NCBI GenBank assembly: GCA_050230475.1
Contig: JBFLGF010000067.1
Location: forward strand, 1-64,000
DNA: 64,000 nucleotides
Reading direction: 5' to 3'
Origin: Ancylonema sp.
Lineage: Eukaryota
Positions 13,310 through 26,041 of this stretch are shown piece by piece. The position numbers and the translations under genes are program-made. The notes below the pieces were generated by a model. That model was not told where the DNA came from, made no database searches, and was given only the letters and a program-made list of their open reading frames with translations. The first letter of the stretch is position 1. The number at the start of each line of letters is the position of its first letter.

Positions 13310-15714
13310 GGCCGTGGAATATATTGATTTTGTTTTTGATTGGCCCTGTGCTACTGCTTTCCATTCCATGATTTGTGCTGCTGCGTCAGACTTCTTTTTT
13401 ATGGTGTAGACCCAGGTGTGCCTCGTGTAGACATCCATTATGCCCAAAAAGTATGATGCCCCTCCTAGGCTGCGAGGCTTGACAAGTCCTGCGAGGTCCA
13501 TGACAACCAGCTAGAGGGCATAAGTCGTGCTATGGCTGAAGTCAACAGCTGGATGTGGAGGACGGGTGAGTTTCCCCAACCTGCACGGGTCACACGGGCT
13601 GATGTTGCCAGATACGGGACTGACACTAGTGGCCATATCTTCTTTCAGGAGACGTCGAAGTGCGGCTTCTCCACTGTGGCCCAAGCGTCGATGAAGAAAA
13701 TCCATAGAGAGAGTGTTGACAAACACTTCTGCTTGTTTTGACGGCAGGGTAGGAGGAGAGCTGAAGATTCTGCAGTACAGTGTCAGACGACCAGCCTTAG
13801 ATCGTGATAGGAGTGCCACTTGCTCGACACCACCATTCGGTAGAATCTTCTTGATGACAACCTTTCCCGCGACCTCATTGTAGACATGGATGAAGTCAGC
13901 TTCTAATAACTTTTGCAAGGATAAAATGTTGAACTTCATGCTTTCGATGAAAAGAACGTTCGTAAGCCGAATAGCCGTTTCCCCATGTTTTGAGTCAACT
14001 TCCAGAATCATTGTTCTTGAATGAGTCACTGCGACTGTGCCTTGCACTTGTTGAATGTTGAATGGTCCTAGGAGAGGTGTTAGATCCATGAAAAAATCCC
14101 TCTTGTGAGCGATGTGCTGTGAAGCTCCTGTGTCTGCGAAGAACATTGTCGATCTGTCGACAGCATGTGCTGTCATGGCTTCATTTCTGTTGCTGTCGAT
14201 GGATGGAGCCAGCTGCACATCACCAAGTAGCGATTCTCCAAAACTCATGGTAGACGAAATTTCGGGCAGCTGTACAAAATTGTGATGAGAATCACACTCC
14301 TGAAGCTCTGCCATGTGACAGTATCCACCATAAAAGAAACCTTCTCCACTTCCACCTCCACTTCCACTTCCACCTCCACCACTACCCTCTTGTGATTTCT
14401 TCTAGCGATAGGCTATCTCCATATGGCCTGTGCGCTTACAAAACTTGCACGGAGATTTGAAGTGCTTGCAGTCTCTGGCATAGTGGCCTTGGTCGGTGCA
14501 GCACTAGCATATTGTGGAAGAGTTAGCGAGTTGACCTCCCGTTGGTCTTGAGGTGTTCTTGCCATGCTGTGCCCAAAAGATTTTTGCTGCTGCTGCGTTC
14601 TGTCGTTCGGCCTCCACTCGTACTGCCTCTCCGAATGCTGCAGATCTTGTTGATGGTGTCTTCTCTTTTCGCTGAAATTCAAAATCGACATCACGCAGGG
14701 AAAAGAAGATTTGTTCCAGATCTTGTTGGACGGCAGAGTGTAGGTAGTTGTTCTTTATGAAACTGTATCGCTCGTTGGGCCGTGACAGGAGCATTCGTTC
14801 CCGAAGTTCATCATATGTTTTCACGTCTTGTTGTCGACAATTTAGCACCATCGCCTGGAATCTCGTGATGGTTTCTTTTGTTGTCCCTGTCTCAATGTGT
14901 TCAAACTAGAGGAGTGCCATGTGTGCAGCTTTAGCCTCCATTTTCGACTTTCTTGCGTATTTTCGGCTCAGCGCTGCCCATGTTTCAACCGGATCTTCAA
15001 GGAAAGCCGTGACTGCCAGTATCTCGGTGTCTAAAATGGCTGCAGCAATGAGGCATGATGCTCTCAAGTATGCATCCTCAAATTCGGTGATATTTTTGTT
15101 TACCGCTGTGATCTCGGCCTGGTTTGCGTGTGCCGCTCCTGCAACGACGACTGCTGCTGGTGCTGGATCGGGACGGACTCGTGTGCCCAATACCAGGTCC
15201 CATACTCGACTGACGAGTAGCACTGTTTTCATCTTGCTACTCCATGCTGTGTAATTGTCTTTCGTGAGGACACTACCCATCGACGTGAATCGCGCCCCTT
15301 CACTTGAGGCGGCTCTGATACTCTGTGAAATATTCATTGATCCTGATGACTATTGTCTCGATGCAATGCGTCTCTTAGTATAGCATTGTCATTAGGCGAA
15401 TTAGTCACGAAGAAGAATTATTCAAATGAGCACGATTACAGAGAGTAAGTAATCTGCTAAGAGAGTTTGAATATGTGGCAGCGGGAATGTCACTAAGTTG
15501 TCGACTAATGAGAAGACAGTATTCAGCTAGCTAGGATAAGTAACGGTAAAGTGTACGTGTACTGAACTTGGCGGCACTAAGCTGTCGACCGATGGGAAGA
15601 CAACATTAGGCGAATAAAGAAGAAGTTCGGCATATCGGTATATTAAGCTATCTAAAGTACCGATGACTAAAAAGTAGACGACTGCGTGGCACACTTAGCA
15701 TTACCTACTCAACA
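13310..15714 (-). mobile_element. Truncated Copia (5' LTR, gag, protease, partial integrase) related to element 1
   Basis: LTR 15324-15714 resembles the element 1 LTR. Altered PBS GAGTATCAGAGCC. Gag ORF 14906-15337, DTGAS, HRRLGH, CDPC. No 3' LTR seen. Confidence 0.92.
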
Positions 15715-17136
15715 GTAAGGACCCTTTTTCTCTTATCTCTCTTGACTTCCACCCCCTGAATGTGAGTTAAAGCACCCAAATCCTTCGTTTTAAACTCCAC
15801 TGCTAATTCACTCTTGAATTTATCTATTACTTGTTTATTTGGTTCTATAATGGCCTGATCGTCTACATGAATCCCCAGAATAATACGACTGTAACCTATA
15901 CCTCTAGTATAGATACATGTATCCATAATGCATTGTTTGAAACCGGACCTAAGCATGAAATGCTCAAATGATTTCCCCCATACATGGCCACTTTGCTTAA
16001 GACCATATAATGCCTCTTTAAGTTTCAGTACTTTGTTTTTTGAGGTTTGTATATTCATGTACGGAGGTATCTTCATGTAGACCTCCTCCTCTAACCTACC
16101 ATGTAAAAATGTAGTAACTAAATCCATATCATACATCTCCTAGTCCTCTTGATTAGCAATTGCTAGTAGTGAGCTAATTGATGTGCTATCAACGACTGGT
16201 GCAAATTTTTCATTATAATCGACCCCCTCTTGCTGTAGGAACCCCTAAGCGACCAGCCTTAATTTATACTTTTCTACAGTCCCATCTGGTTTGTACTTTA
16301 TTTTAAATACATATTTACACCCGAGTGGTTTCTTACCATGGGGAAGGGTCACCACGTCAACGGTGTCGAAAGCCTCAAGGGATTTCAGTTTTGACTAGAT
16401 GGCCTCTTCCCACTTGTCCTAGTCAGGCCTCTTGGTGGCGTGAGACAAAGTTAACGGATTGGAAGAGTTAGTGGCTGAGACACCCGCAAATTCAGCATCA
16501 AATGGAGCATTGAATCTTGCAAAAAAACATGATGGTTCAAAGTCTAAATGATGGGATTCCAACACATCGCTAGGCATGTCAACTTCTGCCACTAAATCCT
16601 TCAGATCGAATCAGAGTTCAACCCCAAAAGTCGCCAAGTTAGCTCTTCTCTTGGCTGAGACCATTTTATCAATGCTTTCTCCCTGTGTCGTCACCCAGTC
16701 CACTTCCTCTTCTTCCTCGTTGTCGCCGTCAACCCCTGATTCAGTGTCGGACTACAACTGAACCACATCGATGGGGGAGATAGTTGGAAGTTGGGTTGGT
16801 GGAGGAACTGCCGCTACGGTTGGTGTTGAGGTTGGAGCAGGAGAGGCTGAAATGGGTGCAGATTTCTCTTCTTCATCGGGGAACAGGGAGAAGAAGTCGT
16901 TGTCCGATGGTTCTCGCACTTCTCTCGATGCCTTGGTCATAACAAGAGAATATCCGGGGATATCATCGAAGAATTTGATATTGTCCCTTACAAGGACGAC
17001 TGTTCTTGAAGGGTCAAAGATAAGATAGCCAGATTGGTTGGAATGCATGCCAAGGAACCTGGATGCAAACTTCTCACTCGGTTTGCCCTTATCATGTCCT
17101 ATCAGTAAGTACTGGACGAGGCAACCGAAAGTATGA
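15715..17136 (-). mobile_element. Degraded AT-rich Copia pol fragment of another lineage, interrupted by the 13310-15714 element
   Basis: RT motifs EALYGLKQSG and IHVDD. Post-integrase FGCLV...FLG. Several stops. Ends at N 17137. Confidence 0.9.
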
Positions 17137-17730
17137 NAGAAAAGGGAGCACGCAATGGAGGGGGGGGGGGGTAATAAAGCCATGGACGTAGGGTTCTAGC
17201 ATGTATGGCATGTGCTAGCGACCTTTGCAATGCAATCGACACTCTTTGACGGCACCATGTGCACAACGAGCTATCATAGGGCCCCAATCATGAACACTCT
17301 CTAGAGGCTAAAGTTACACACTCGACCAACCGACGTATCAAACAACGCATCGCATGTATAAATGTATGTAACGTATATGAGTGCCTCCGAGTTACGACCG
17401 CTTGCTAACACGAAAGCACAAAGGATATAATAGACTCCCGCTCTGTCATGAAGTCACAGTTGCACGACGCGCAATTGCGAGTCTCGTATCGTCCGTTGGG
17501 GACACACGGCCGTTAGCATGTTTCCAACGTGTTGGGGTAAGTACATGTTGTACGGATAGTGGTATGTCAGCTCGCATCGTATTTTACGCATTCGTTCCAT
17601 AATGTGGCTGACGTCTTCGTCAAATCTTTGACAAAACAAAACAGTTACATAATTGTGTTGAACGCTAGTGACTACAGAGAGTGGTCCCAACTCGTCCGCT
17701 TGGACTCCTCTCATCATCTACGATACTAGC

Positions 17731-17816
17731 AACCCGCTATATCGTGAAACTACTTGCATCGGTTCTTGATTGCAATCGGCGGCGCAACTACAAGATATGC
17801 ACATGATCATATATGG
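17731..17816 (+). repeat. Dispersed structured repeat, copy 1
   Basis: Shares CGCTATATCG.GAAAC..CGGTTCTTGATTGCAA.CGGCGGCGCAA..GATCAT with 44541-44636 and 52510-52610 (minus). Confidence 0.85.
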
Positions 17817-18241
17817 TCTCACAATGTCCTCATGGCGTATGCGTAAGTTTACGATTCTACTATTTTTGTGGACATCATGTCTTTGCGGCTCATGCATGCT
17901 CATGCTCATGCCTGGGCGAGGAAGGTTCAAAACGAATGTTCGGGGATCGATAATCAAGTTGGTTGACAATGTGATATCAATCAATGCCACCTTGCCTAAA
18001 AACCCGAATCCCACCCAAAGACAGAATACCAGACCCCTGCTGCCCTTAGGATGTGGTTGGGTGCCGGCTGGCCGCCCACATGTAATGGACGGGAGGGTGG
18101 GTGGGGTGGGCGATTTGCACATGCCCAGTCTGGGGCACTTCCTGAATACCCACCGGGCACGACCTCCGAAAAACTATGTCTGCCGGTGGCAAGTACTAGA
18201 CATCCATTGGATTGATCGGACACGTGCCACGCTAATCGGTG

Positions 18242-18948
18242 CCTTCACGTGCGAATAAAACCGAAACAAACTTTTGCCGTATTTTTTTTGGAGCGGTCCA
18301 ATGTCCAATAATGTCCAATGTCTGCTCGGTGGTAGTGGTTGGTACGCCTCGTCCCACTTGTTGGGTGCAATCCTCCTAACACACCGACATTTGTTGTCTT
18401 CCAGGATAAAGTACAACACCGGATACAACCTCGAGGCTCGGGGAAGTAGGAAAATGTGGACATTTCGAACTGAATTGATTATGGCTGGACTTGACTTTGA
18501 CTTACACAGAAGCATTTGTACACCAGGAGGTGCTCTGTGGCAGCCATAGATTGCGTCCAGCTGTAGAACCGATCCGAATGACGTCGCTACTAGAATACTT
18601 GGCTAGGACTGGAGATGCTAGCATGTCGGTCGTGGGCGCCACAACAATCTTAGATTTTGTGGTATCCAGGAAGTACACATTTTGTAACCTTCACGTGCGA
18701 ATGAAACCTGTCGCCGTATATTTTGAGAATTTCAGCGGTCCGATGTCCAACGATAATGCACCAGTGGCAGTGGCGGTGGCAGTGGTTGGTCGCACTTGTT
18801 GGGTGCAATCCTCCCGACACACCGACATTGTTTGTCTTCCAGGATAAAGTACAACACCGGATACAACCTCGAGGCTCGGGAAAGTAGGAAAATGTGGACA
18901 TTTCCGAACCGAATTGATTATGGCTGGACTTGACTTCAACTTAGATAC
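18242..18948 (+). repeat. Two-copy ~260-bp direct repeat (18242-18506 and 18688-18948)
   Basis: Shared long block GTCTTCCAGGATAAAGTACAACACCGGATACAACCTCGAGGCTCGGG. Each unit starts CCTTCACGTGCGAAT. Confidence 0.92.
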
Positions 18949-19084
18949 ACGAAACCAAAATGCAGACTGAAGCAAGAGTCCATCACACGCAGCGAAGTTT
19001 AACACCTAACCGGGCGACGCTGATTTCATGTTCAAACTTGCAAAGCTTCCCCTCTGCTTGTTATCGGTTTTCAATCACACCAGG

Positions 19085-20750
19085 ATGAAAAAGTTTGGAT
19101 GCCTCGCTCCTTTCACTGCTCTGCTGTTGTTCAGCGCTCTACTGCCGTCGACGACTGCTGCAGACAAATGCGCGGAAATGGGTGCTGCTGTTATAGCAGG
19201 CGAAGTGGTTCCCATTGCAACTGCTCGCGCCTGTGTTTACTCCTTCCCATATGACTCTCGCAGGTCTGCCTTGGTTCTGGACAGCGTGTACAAAACATTT
19301 CAGCTGCACGCTTACAAGGACATCGCGATAAAATCTCCAACACCGGAGTTTGACGTCAACATTGATGTCTTTGAGAGCCTCCGTAAAATAAATCGCACCA
19401 TTTATCGCAACGACTTCGCGTTCAACTATGCTATCTTCTCGGTCATCAATGCCCTTAACGATGGGAACGCGGCATATCTCCCGTGCTACTACAACAATCT
19501 AGAATCCTTAACGACTGTCCCTCTTGTTAAATTTCTGAATTCGTCTGGGACTGGCGAATTGGTTCAAATCTCTTCCTACGGTAAGCACACGTAACCAAAT
19601 CGGGCGAGTTTAAGAGATTTCCGCGACCAAATTGCTGTACGTTCCGTGCGTCACGACATGTTTTTCACGTTTCCGAACAATTTTCGCCCTAAATGTACGC
19701 TGTCTCGACGACTTGACCAATTTCTCGTGATGATGCACACCAGTGAAGAAGTCGCAGTCGTACTCGACTACGCCTTTGCTTTTACATTCTTCGCCATTTT
19801 CTGTCTCAGCTGAGCCATCTTGGGCAGACGACAATGCGAACGCAAGTTACCCTATCTTTTCAATGTCAGTGAAAAGAGAGTGTGCTAACATGACTGCTGT
19901 GATTTGCAGCTGGCTTCGTGCAACCGAACGTTGTGGATGCCACAGAAAAGCTTCTGAACCTCAAAGTGGCCGACTATGCCGGCGCCACCTTGCTGGAGAT
20001 CAACAACAAGGACCTTGCCTACATCGAGCAACAGGCTAAGAAGGGCGGATCTTTCAAGGACTTGAACGCCCGCATCAACCAGTGAGGCACTCTCAAAAAT
20101 CTTTACGAAATCACAGATTGAGGTTGTTGTAGTTACTTCCAGCAGTTGAGTGATGGATGTCACAACCCCTTGTTATTTACGAGTGATATCATCTGGAAGA
20201 TATCCCCCGCCCTCCTCTCATCCACATCCTTCTTTTCATTTATCGATGTGGCTGCATTGTCTGGCATGAAACAAGTGCGAGGTACAGACGAGAGTGGCTG
20301 GCCATTTTTGGCGTCAAGTTGTTGATTTGCGCATACTTGTCATCGTTTTGCTTCGGCCATAGCTGAGCTGATTGTCATCAGACATAGAGAGATGAAAGAT
20401 GGAAGAAGCGCGTCGTGTTCTTCATCTCAATGTGGCTGTTCCACGCCTCAAGAGGTTTCAATGTTCCACATGTGCCTTTCTGAACACAGGCTTTGCCTCT
20501 TTTTAGTTCCCATAGTTCATGTAAATGTGAGTATCAAAAACGGCTTATTTCATGTCGTGCTGCTTCTGCATCCTTTCCTTAATTGAGTCGTCTCAGCCTC
20601 CTTTCTTCTCATCTCATCTCATCTCATCTGCGAATCGCAGGATGTACTTTCGTAAGCTCGCTAACGGCCATACGAATCTCGGGTCCATGATGGCTATCAG
20701 TCTTCTAGAAGCACCCAAAGTTCCCTTCATCAAGTACAAGCTCATCGATT
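19085..20750 (+). pseudogene. Secreted S41 (CPAF/fungal tail-specific protease-like) peptidase, 5' three exons, truncated
   Basis: Exons 19085-19580, 19910-20081 and 20641-~20750, joined by GT-AG introns with consistent phases. Signal peptide. Motifs ARACVYSFPY, YRNDFAF..LNDG and FKDLNARIN resemble fungal S41 N-termini. Runs into Copia gag sequence. Confidence 0.65.
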
Positions 20751-23426
20751 TGAGACGATCGTCATGACCTGCCTTGACCAGGGAGTCGCGACTGACGAGA
20801 TGGTCTAGAAGAGGATGCTATTGGCGCGACCTGCGGATCAGTACGCTTTTCTCAAAGAAAGTTATTTGTTGGCACCTATTCGGACGCGTCCGGATCTGGT
20901 TGGATTGAAAGCACAGATGCGAGACATCGACGCTGAGTTTCAGAAGTCTAACTCGACCTCTGGCCAGAAGGGTCATATCAAACCCAACTGTGCGAAGAAG
21001 GACGAGAAGTGCGGTAAGTGCGGCAAGCTTGGACACCTTCAGTCGATGTGTAAGGCCGCGAGCGAGCGTGCCAGTGGAAGTGGAGACAACAACGACGCGC
21101 ACAAGAAAGCGCCGGAGGCAGCACAACTCGACTCATTCTATGGCTTCAGATGTGAGGTCATCATCGGCACGTCATCGCCAGAGGCGATGATAGTGGAGGT
21201 GGATCTTGCGGACGAGGCTTCGTGAGACGTCAACACGTGGCTAGGAGATTCCGGGAGTTCGCACCACATCAAGTCTTCACGCGCTGGGATGGTTGATGTG
21301 AAGCCGTGTCCGGCTGGGACACGCATTCGCCAAGTGCAAGGCGTCGTGGAAGTGGCAGAATGGGGCACCGTTTTGCTGGAAGTCGATGGGGAGCATGGGA
21401 AGCATATAATGAAGCTGAGTGAGACCCTCATTGTCCCTGACATCAACGTCAATCTATTCTCGTTGCAGCGAGTGATTAAGGAGGGATACCTTCCGGTTTA
21501 CGGAGAGGTGGAGGGGAAGTGCATAATCAAGATGCGAACATCTGGAGGGGACCTCATCCAAGTGGCGGCAATGTCAGTCGTCAACGGGAGGTCGACACCG
21601 GATTGTAAGCTTGTTCATCTCGACAGTGGCAGCGGAGCCGACAATGGGTCTTTTGCATCGACGGCTCGGACACCCGGGGATCGATGCGATGAAGAAGATG
21701 CTAAATGGCGACATGGTCCGAGGGGCCAGCAAGGTAAAGCTCGAAGAGCTAAAAGGCTGCGACTGGTGCAAGCTTGGGAAGCTCACACACAATCCGCATC
21801 CGACTTCTGTGGTCAACAATAAAGGTTCGGATCTGCCGGACCTGGTGGTGGTGGATTTGGCGAGGCCGAATAGACCGCAGACGCTTGGAGGAAAGGTGTA
21901 CGATATGGTGATTGTCGACACTTACTCTCAGCGCGCCTTTGTCAAACTGCTAGCGAAGAAGAGCGATGTAGCAGGAGTCCTCATGCGATGGATTCGTCAG
22001 GTGGAGCTGCAGACAGGGAAGCAGCTCAAGCGCTTGCGTTCCGACAACGATGGCAAGTTTCTATCCGGGGAGTTCAAGGACTGGCTGAGCCTCAAGGGTG
22101 TCACTCAGCAAACTACCCCCAGCTATTCGCCACAAAGCAATGGCACTGCCGAGAGGATGAATCGAACCCTTCAGGACAAGGCGAGGACCATGCTTATGGA
22201 TCTGCCAGGATCCCTGTGGGGGGAGGTCCTTCTATCCGCTTGCCTGCTGAGAAATCTTACCCCGACATCTACTCTGTCAGTTACCCCTCTCTAGATGTGG
22301 ACAAGGAACAAGCCATCGGTGGAGCACCTTCGAGTCATTGGCTGCAAGGCATACTGTCAACTCGGCAAGGTGGAGCAGAAGGGGAAATACGGAGCGAAGG
22401 CCTGGATGGGACCCCTGGTGGGGTACTCTGTCGACATGCCAGGCTACAAGGTATGGGACCCGACCTCGCACAAGGTGTGGGATGTGCGAGGACCGGACTT
22501 CGACGAACTGGTGGCTGGTGGGTGGTGGAAACAACCAGCTGCAGTTGTGAAGGCCAAGTGGGAGGATGACGTACCTCTCAGTCTGATGGAGGGGCTGGAC
22601 CTCGAGGAGGACCCGCTTGGTGGAGGAGACCCCCAGCCGCCTGTCGATGCGATTACAGGTGGTGGGGGAAATGATGCAGGTGATGATGGTGGCTGTCTAG
22701 GTGGAGGTGGACCACTGTCAGATGTCGACGAGGACGACCCTCTACAGTTAGAGGGTGTGCAGCAGCCGAGGATGAGTGGGAGAGAGCGCCGTGGTGTACC
22801 CCCGCTTCGCCTCATCGAGATAATGGCAGCTGCAGCGGATGCTGACAATGGTGGAGCACCAGACAGCTATGAGGAGGCTCTGAATGGGCCAGAGGGGACT
22901 GGGTGGAAGAAAGCTTTCGCTGCTGAAGTGAAGTCACTCGACAACAATAAAGTGTATACTGCTGTCGACAGGCCTTTGGGGAAGAAGGTCGTGAAAGCTA
23001 AGTGGGTGCTTCGGAGGAAGCTTCTACCGAGTGGGGAGCTCGACAAGCTCAAAGCCAGGATCGTGGCGAAGGGCGTCACTCAGCGCGAGGGAATCGACTA
23101 TGAGGAGACCTTCTCTCCGCTAGTTCGTTTCGAGTCTGTGAGACTCATGGTGGCTGCAACTGCAGCAGATGGGTTGCATACCCATCCAATGGATGTAACG
23201 ATAGCATTCCTGTACGCTTCTCTCGAAGAGGAGGTCTGCATGGAGTTAATGGAGGGAATGGAGGGGTACGGGACCCCCGGGAAGGTGGCGAGGCTGTGGA
23301 GGGCGATCTACGGGCTCAAGCAAGCAAGCCGCATGTGGAACCACCACATCGACGGGATCCTCAAGGGCATGGGGTTCAACAGGCTGTCGGGTGACCACGG
23401 TGTCTACTTCAAATGGGATGGGGAGA
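20751..23426 (+). mobile_element. LTR-less Copia internal fragment (gag end, protease, integrase, RT start)
   Basis: DSGSSHH, HRRLGH, CDWC, integrase, RT. 21839-23426 is nearly identical to 7971-9558. Ends at N 23427. Confidence 0.95.
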
Positions 23427-23427
23427 N

Positions 23428-23584
23428 AACAGGCACAAAATGGATTTTTGGTGTGCCTGTAACGTGGTGTGCTAGTGCCTATAACGAAGACGTTTTGGCG
23501 GGGGAAAGTTGTTACACCGAAAAAGTGTGCCCGTAACGTGATTGTGCCCATAACGAGTGTGCCTATAACGAGTATTTATTTACT
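23428..23584. mobile_element. Probable end of a Tc1/mariner-pogo-like MITE
   Basis: Repeated GTGCCYRTAACG subterminal motif ending GTATTTA. A related end at 57016-57115 terminates TATTTACTG-TA. Confidence 0.5.
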
Positions 23585-23967
23585 CTCTCTCTCTTTTGTA
23601 CCGTTATCACTTGATTCCCACCTGCCCACCCGTATGTGGGCCCTCCCACAGCCGCAATTTCCCATCCCCCACCAGAAGTTGGACCCCCCCGCCCGCGATT
23701 GGCCCTCCTCCGCCCGTGGCTAGACCCCCCTACCCGCGGGAAGCCACCCGAATTTGATTTTTAATCGGAGTGAAGGTGGCAGAAATAAAATGCGTGCTAT
23801 ATCAAGACAGACCATGCATCTCTCTAACGAATGGAGCGGATATTAGAAGGAACCATCGGCGGCACAATTGTCGTACAAACACGCGATCGTGCATGGACTC
23901 ACATAAATAATACAAATATTCATATGAAAATTGTGGTCATCTACACACGTCCTCTTGCTGCTTGCAG

Positions 23968-24687
23968 GCTTACAGATGCAGATGACACCTGTACAGATGC
24001 AGAAATTCGCACACGAGTTCTGGAGCGTGCCCCCAGAGACTATGCTCTGGAGGAGGATGGGACATCGACTCCAGTTGGCTTCGCTGTCAGGGTGAACATA
24101 AGTGATACCTCTTTCTACACCTCTGAAAGCGCATTGCTCAGACAAAAATCACTGCAGTTGTTGCATGCACGTCAGGGAACTCTCTGCAGCTTCACAGCAA
24201 TCCACTGGACCGGAGCATTCACAATTGTCCAAGTGAGGCTGCTGAGCTTTGACGCTCCTGTGTCTGCGCAATGGTCGATGGCAGTCTCAGGCCCTGAAGG
24301 AGACTCTTGAAGATTTGGAGTGGCCAGGATCGAGCATTCAGCTCACCATAAGTCCACGGCCCCCCATGGTATCCTTTCGCGCGGAAGGGCACGGAGATCT
24401 GCAGGTACACACACTCAGAGCCGTGTACAGCGTTGTTGTATATGTATATATGTATTTATATATGCATATATATGTATATATATGTATATATATGTATATA
24501 TATGTATTTATGTATATATATACATGTATATACATACATGTATATATACATACATATATATACATATCTATACACATATATATATACATATATATACATA
24601 TATATGTATATGTATATATATGTATATATATGTATATGTGTGTATATATATACATATATGCATACATATATATACATATCTATACAC

Positions 24688-24737
<50 letters not shown>

Positions 24738-24775
24738 ATATAAATGTATATATATATATATATAAATAAACATAT

Positions 24776-24810
<35 letters not shown>

Positions 24811-26041
24811 CATATTTATATATGTATATATATTACTAACTTGTACAGATGCGTATCATTCCTGATTCATTCTCTCCTTCTCAACTCTCAGTTTTTTGGC
24901 TTGGCACCACTGTAGGTGTGTGCATCCAGTCGTTCACCAAACGCTCAAACCGTATTCTTATACTTTTTGGTGTTGGATGGGCACTGAACGGGGATGGTAG
25001 GCAAACATGTCACCTGCATCGAAAATGTCATAGGTTGTGCTTGAGATCATTGCCATGGCTGTCCATTTCTGAGCAAGGTTTACAATATTGTGATCCAATT
25101 TTTTGTGTGCATTTCTCATCTTTTCAATACACAAAAGATATCAATACGAGCCGTACTGGCATGCTGCACTTCTGGTCTTCCCTATTTGGACAAAATATTT
25201 CTTTCCATATAGAGGTGGCATTGCAGTTTAACGACGGCCGACATGAGTATGTCTCAAGATGGCTCTTGTGCTCTGCGCGGATTGACAGATTGACTACCCC
25301 TACTCGCCATCGTCTGAACTGTTCATAGATTTTACATGTGGTCACCAGGACGTCACTTTCTGGTGAGTTTATGCAATGATCACTGTTGGATGCCCATTGA
25401 TTTGTTGTGCACGCCAGGCTTGCCTCGTCATTTTTCAAGCAGGCAGAATCATGAGGCAAGTGGCAAAATGGAAAAAGTCATTCCTGCCACGGACGGAACA
25501 CACGACGATGTTCTGTTTCTACATCATCTGACGCATCCCAAATCTAACTCCTCGTAATCCCGCTGCAAATCTGAGGCTTGCCTCTCTACAGTACCATTCC
25601 TGCAAGCTAGGAGGACAAAAGTACAAACTACTCACCACAGCTACCCTAGCACCAAACTGCACAGCCTGCACCCGTCACCTCGATCACTCAACTCAACACA
25701 ACTGTGAGTAGACTCTCTAGAAAAAAAAAAAAAAAGCCTTTGTGTGGATTGTGTCTCCTCTCAATCCGTGCAGGTACAAGTACAAATACCTCAGAGCAAC
25801 CACAGCCAACATCCCTAATGACATCTTGAAGGACAACCGGGGGAGTAAGCTGACAATAGATGCCAACGGACTGTTGAAGGTCCAACACATCATCAACATA
25901 AGACCCGGGGGTGGACATCAACAAGACAACCTGAGTGAAGGGGCAGCAATACGGACCTCCTACATTGAATTCTATTTGGCGCCCGAGGAGGAAGTAGATC
26001 ACGAAGAGGGGGTGGGAGAAGATAGAGCTCAATATTCTTGA
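23968..26041 (+). CDS. RAD1: Checkpoint clamp (9-1-1) subunit RAD1, last four exons; 5' exons not in this contig
   Basis: Exons 23968-24091, 24285-24404, 25289-25362 and 25774-26041, in phase. Peptides [31 protein letters not shown] and [27 protein letters not shown] match plant RAD1. Confidence 0.93.
24438..24832. repeat. Compound (TA/TG/CA)n microsatellite in a RAD1 intron
   Basis: About 400 bp of mostly alternating purine-pyrimidine sequence. Confidence 0.98.

Noticed and set aside
24249..24813. Ile/Tyr-rich ORFs
   Set aside because: Translation of a TA microsatellite inside a RAD1 intron.
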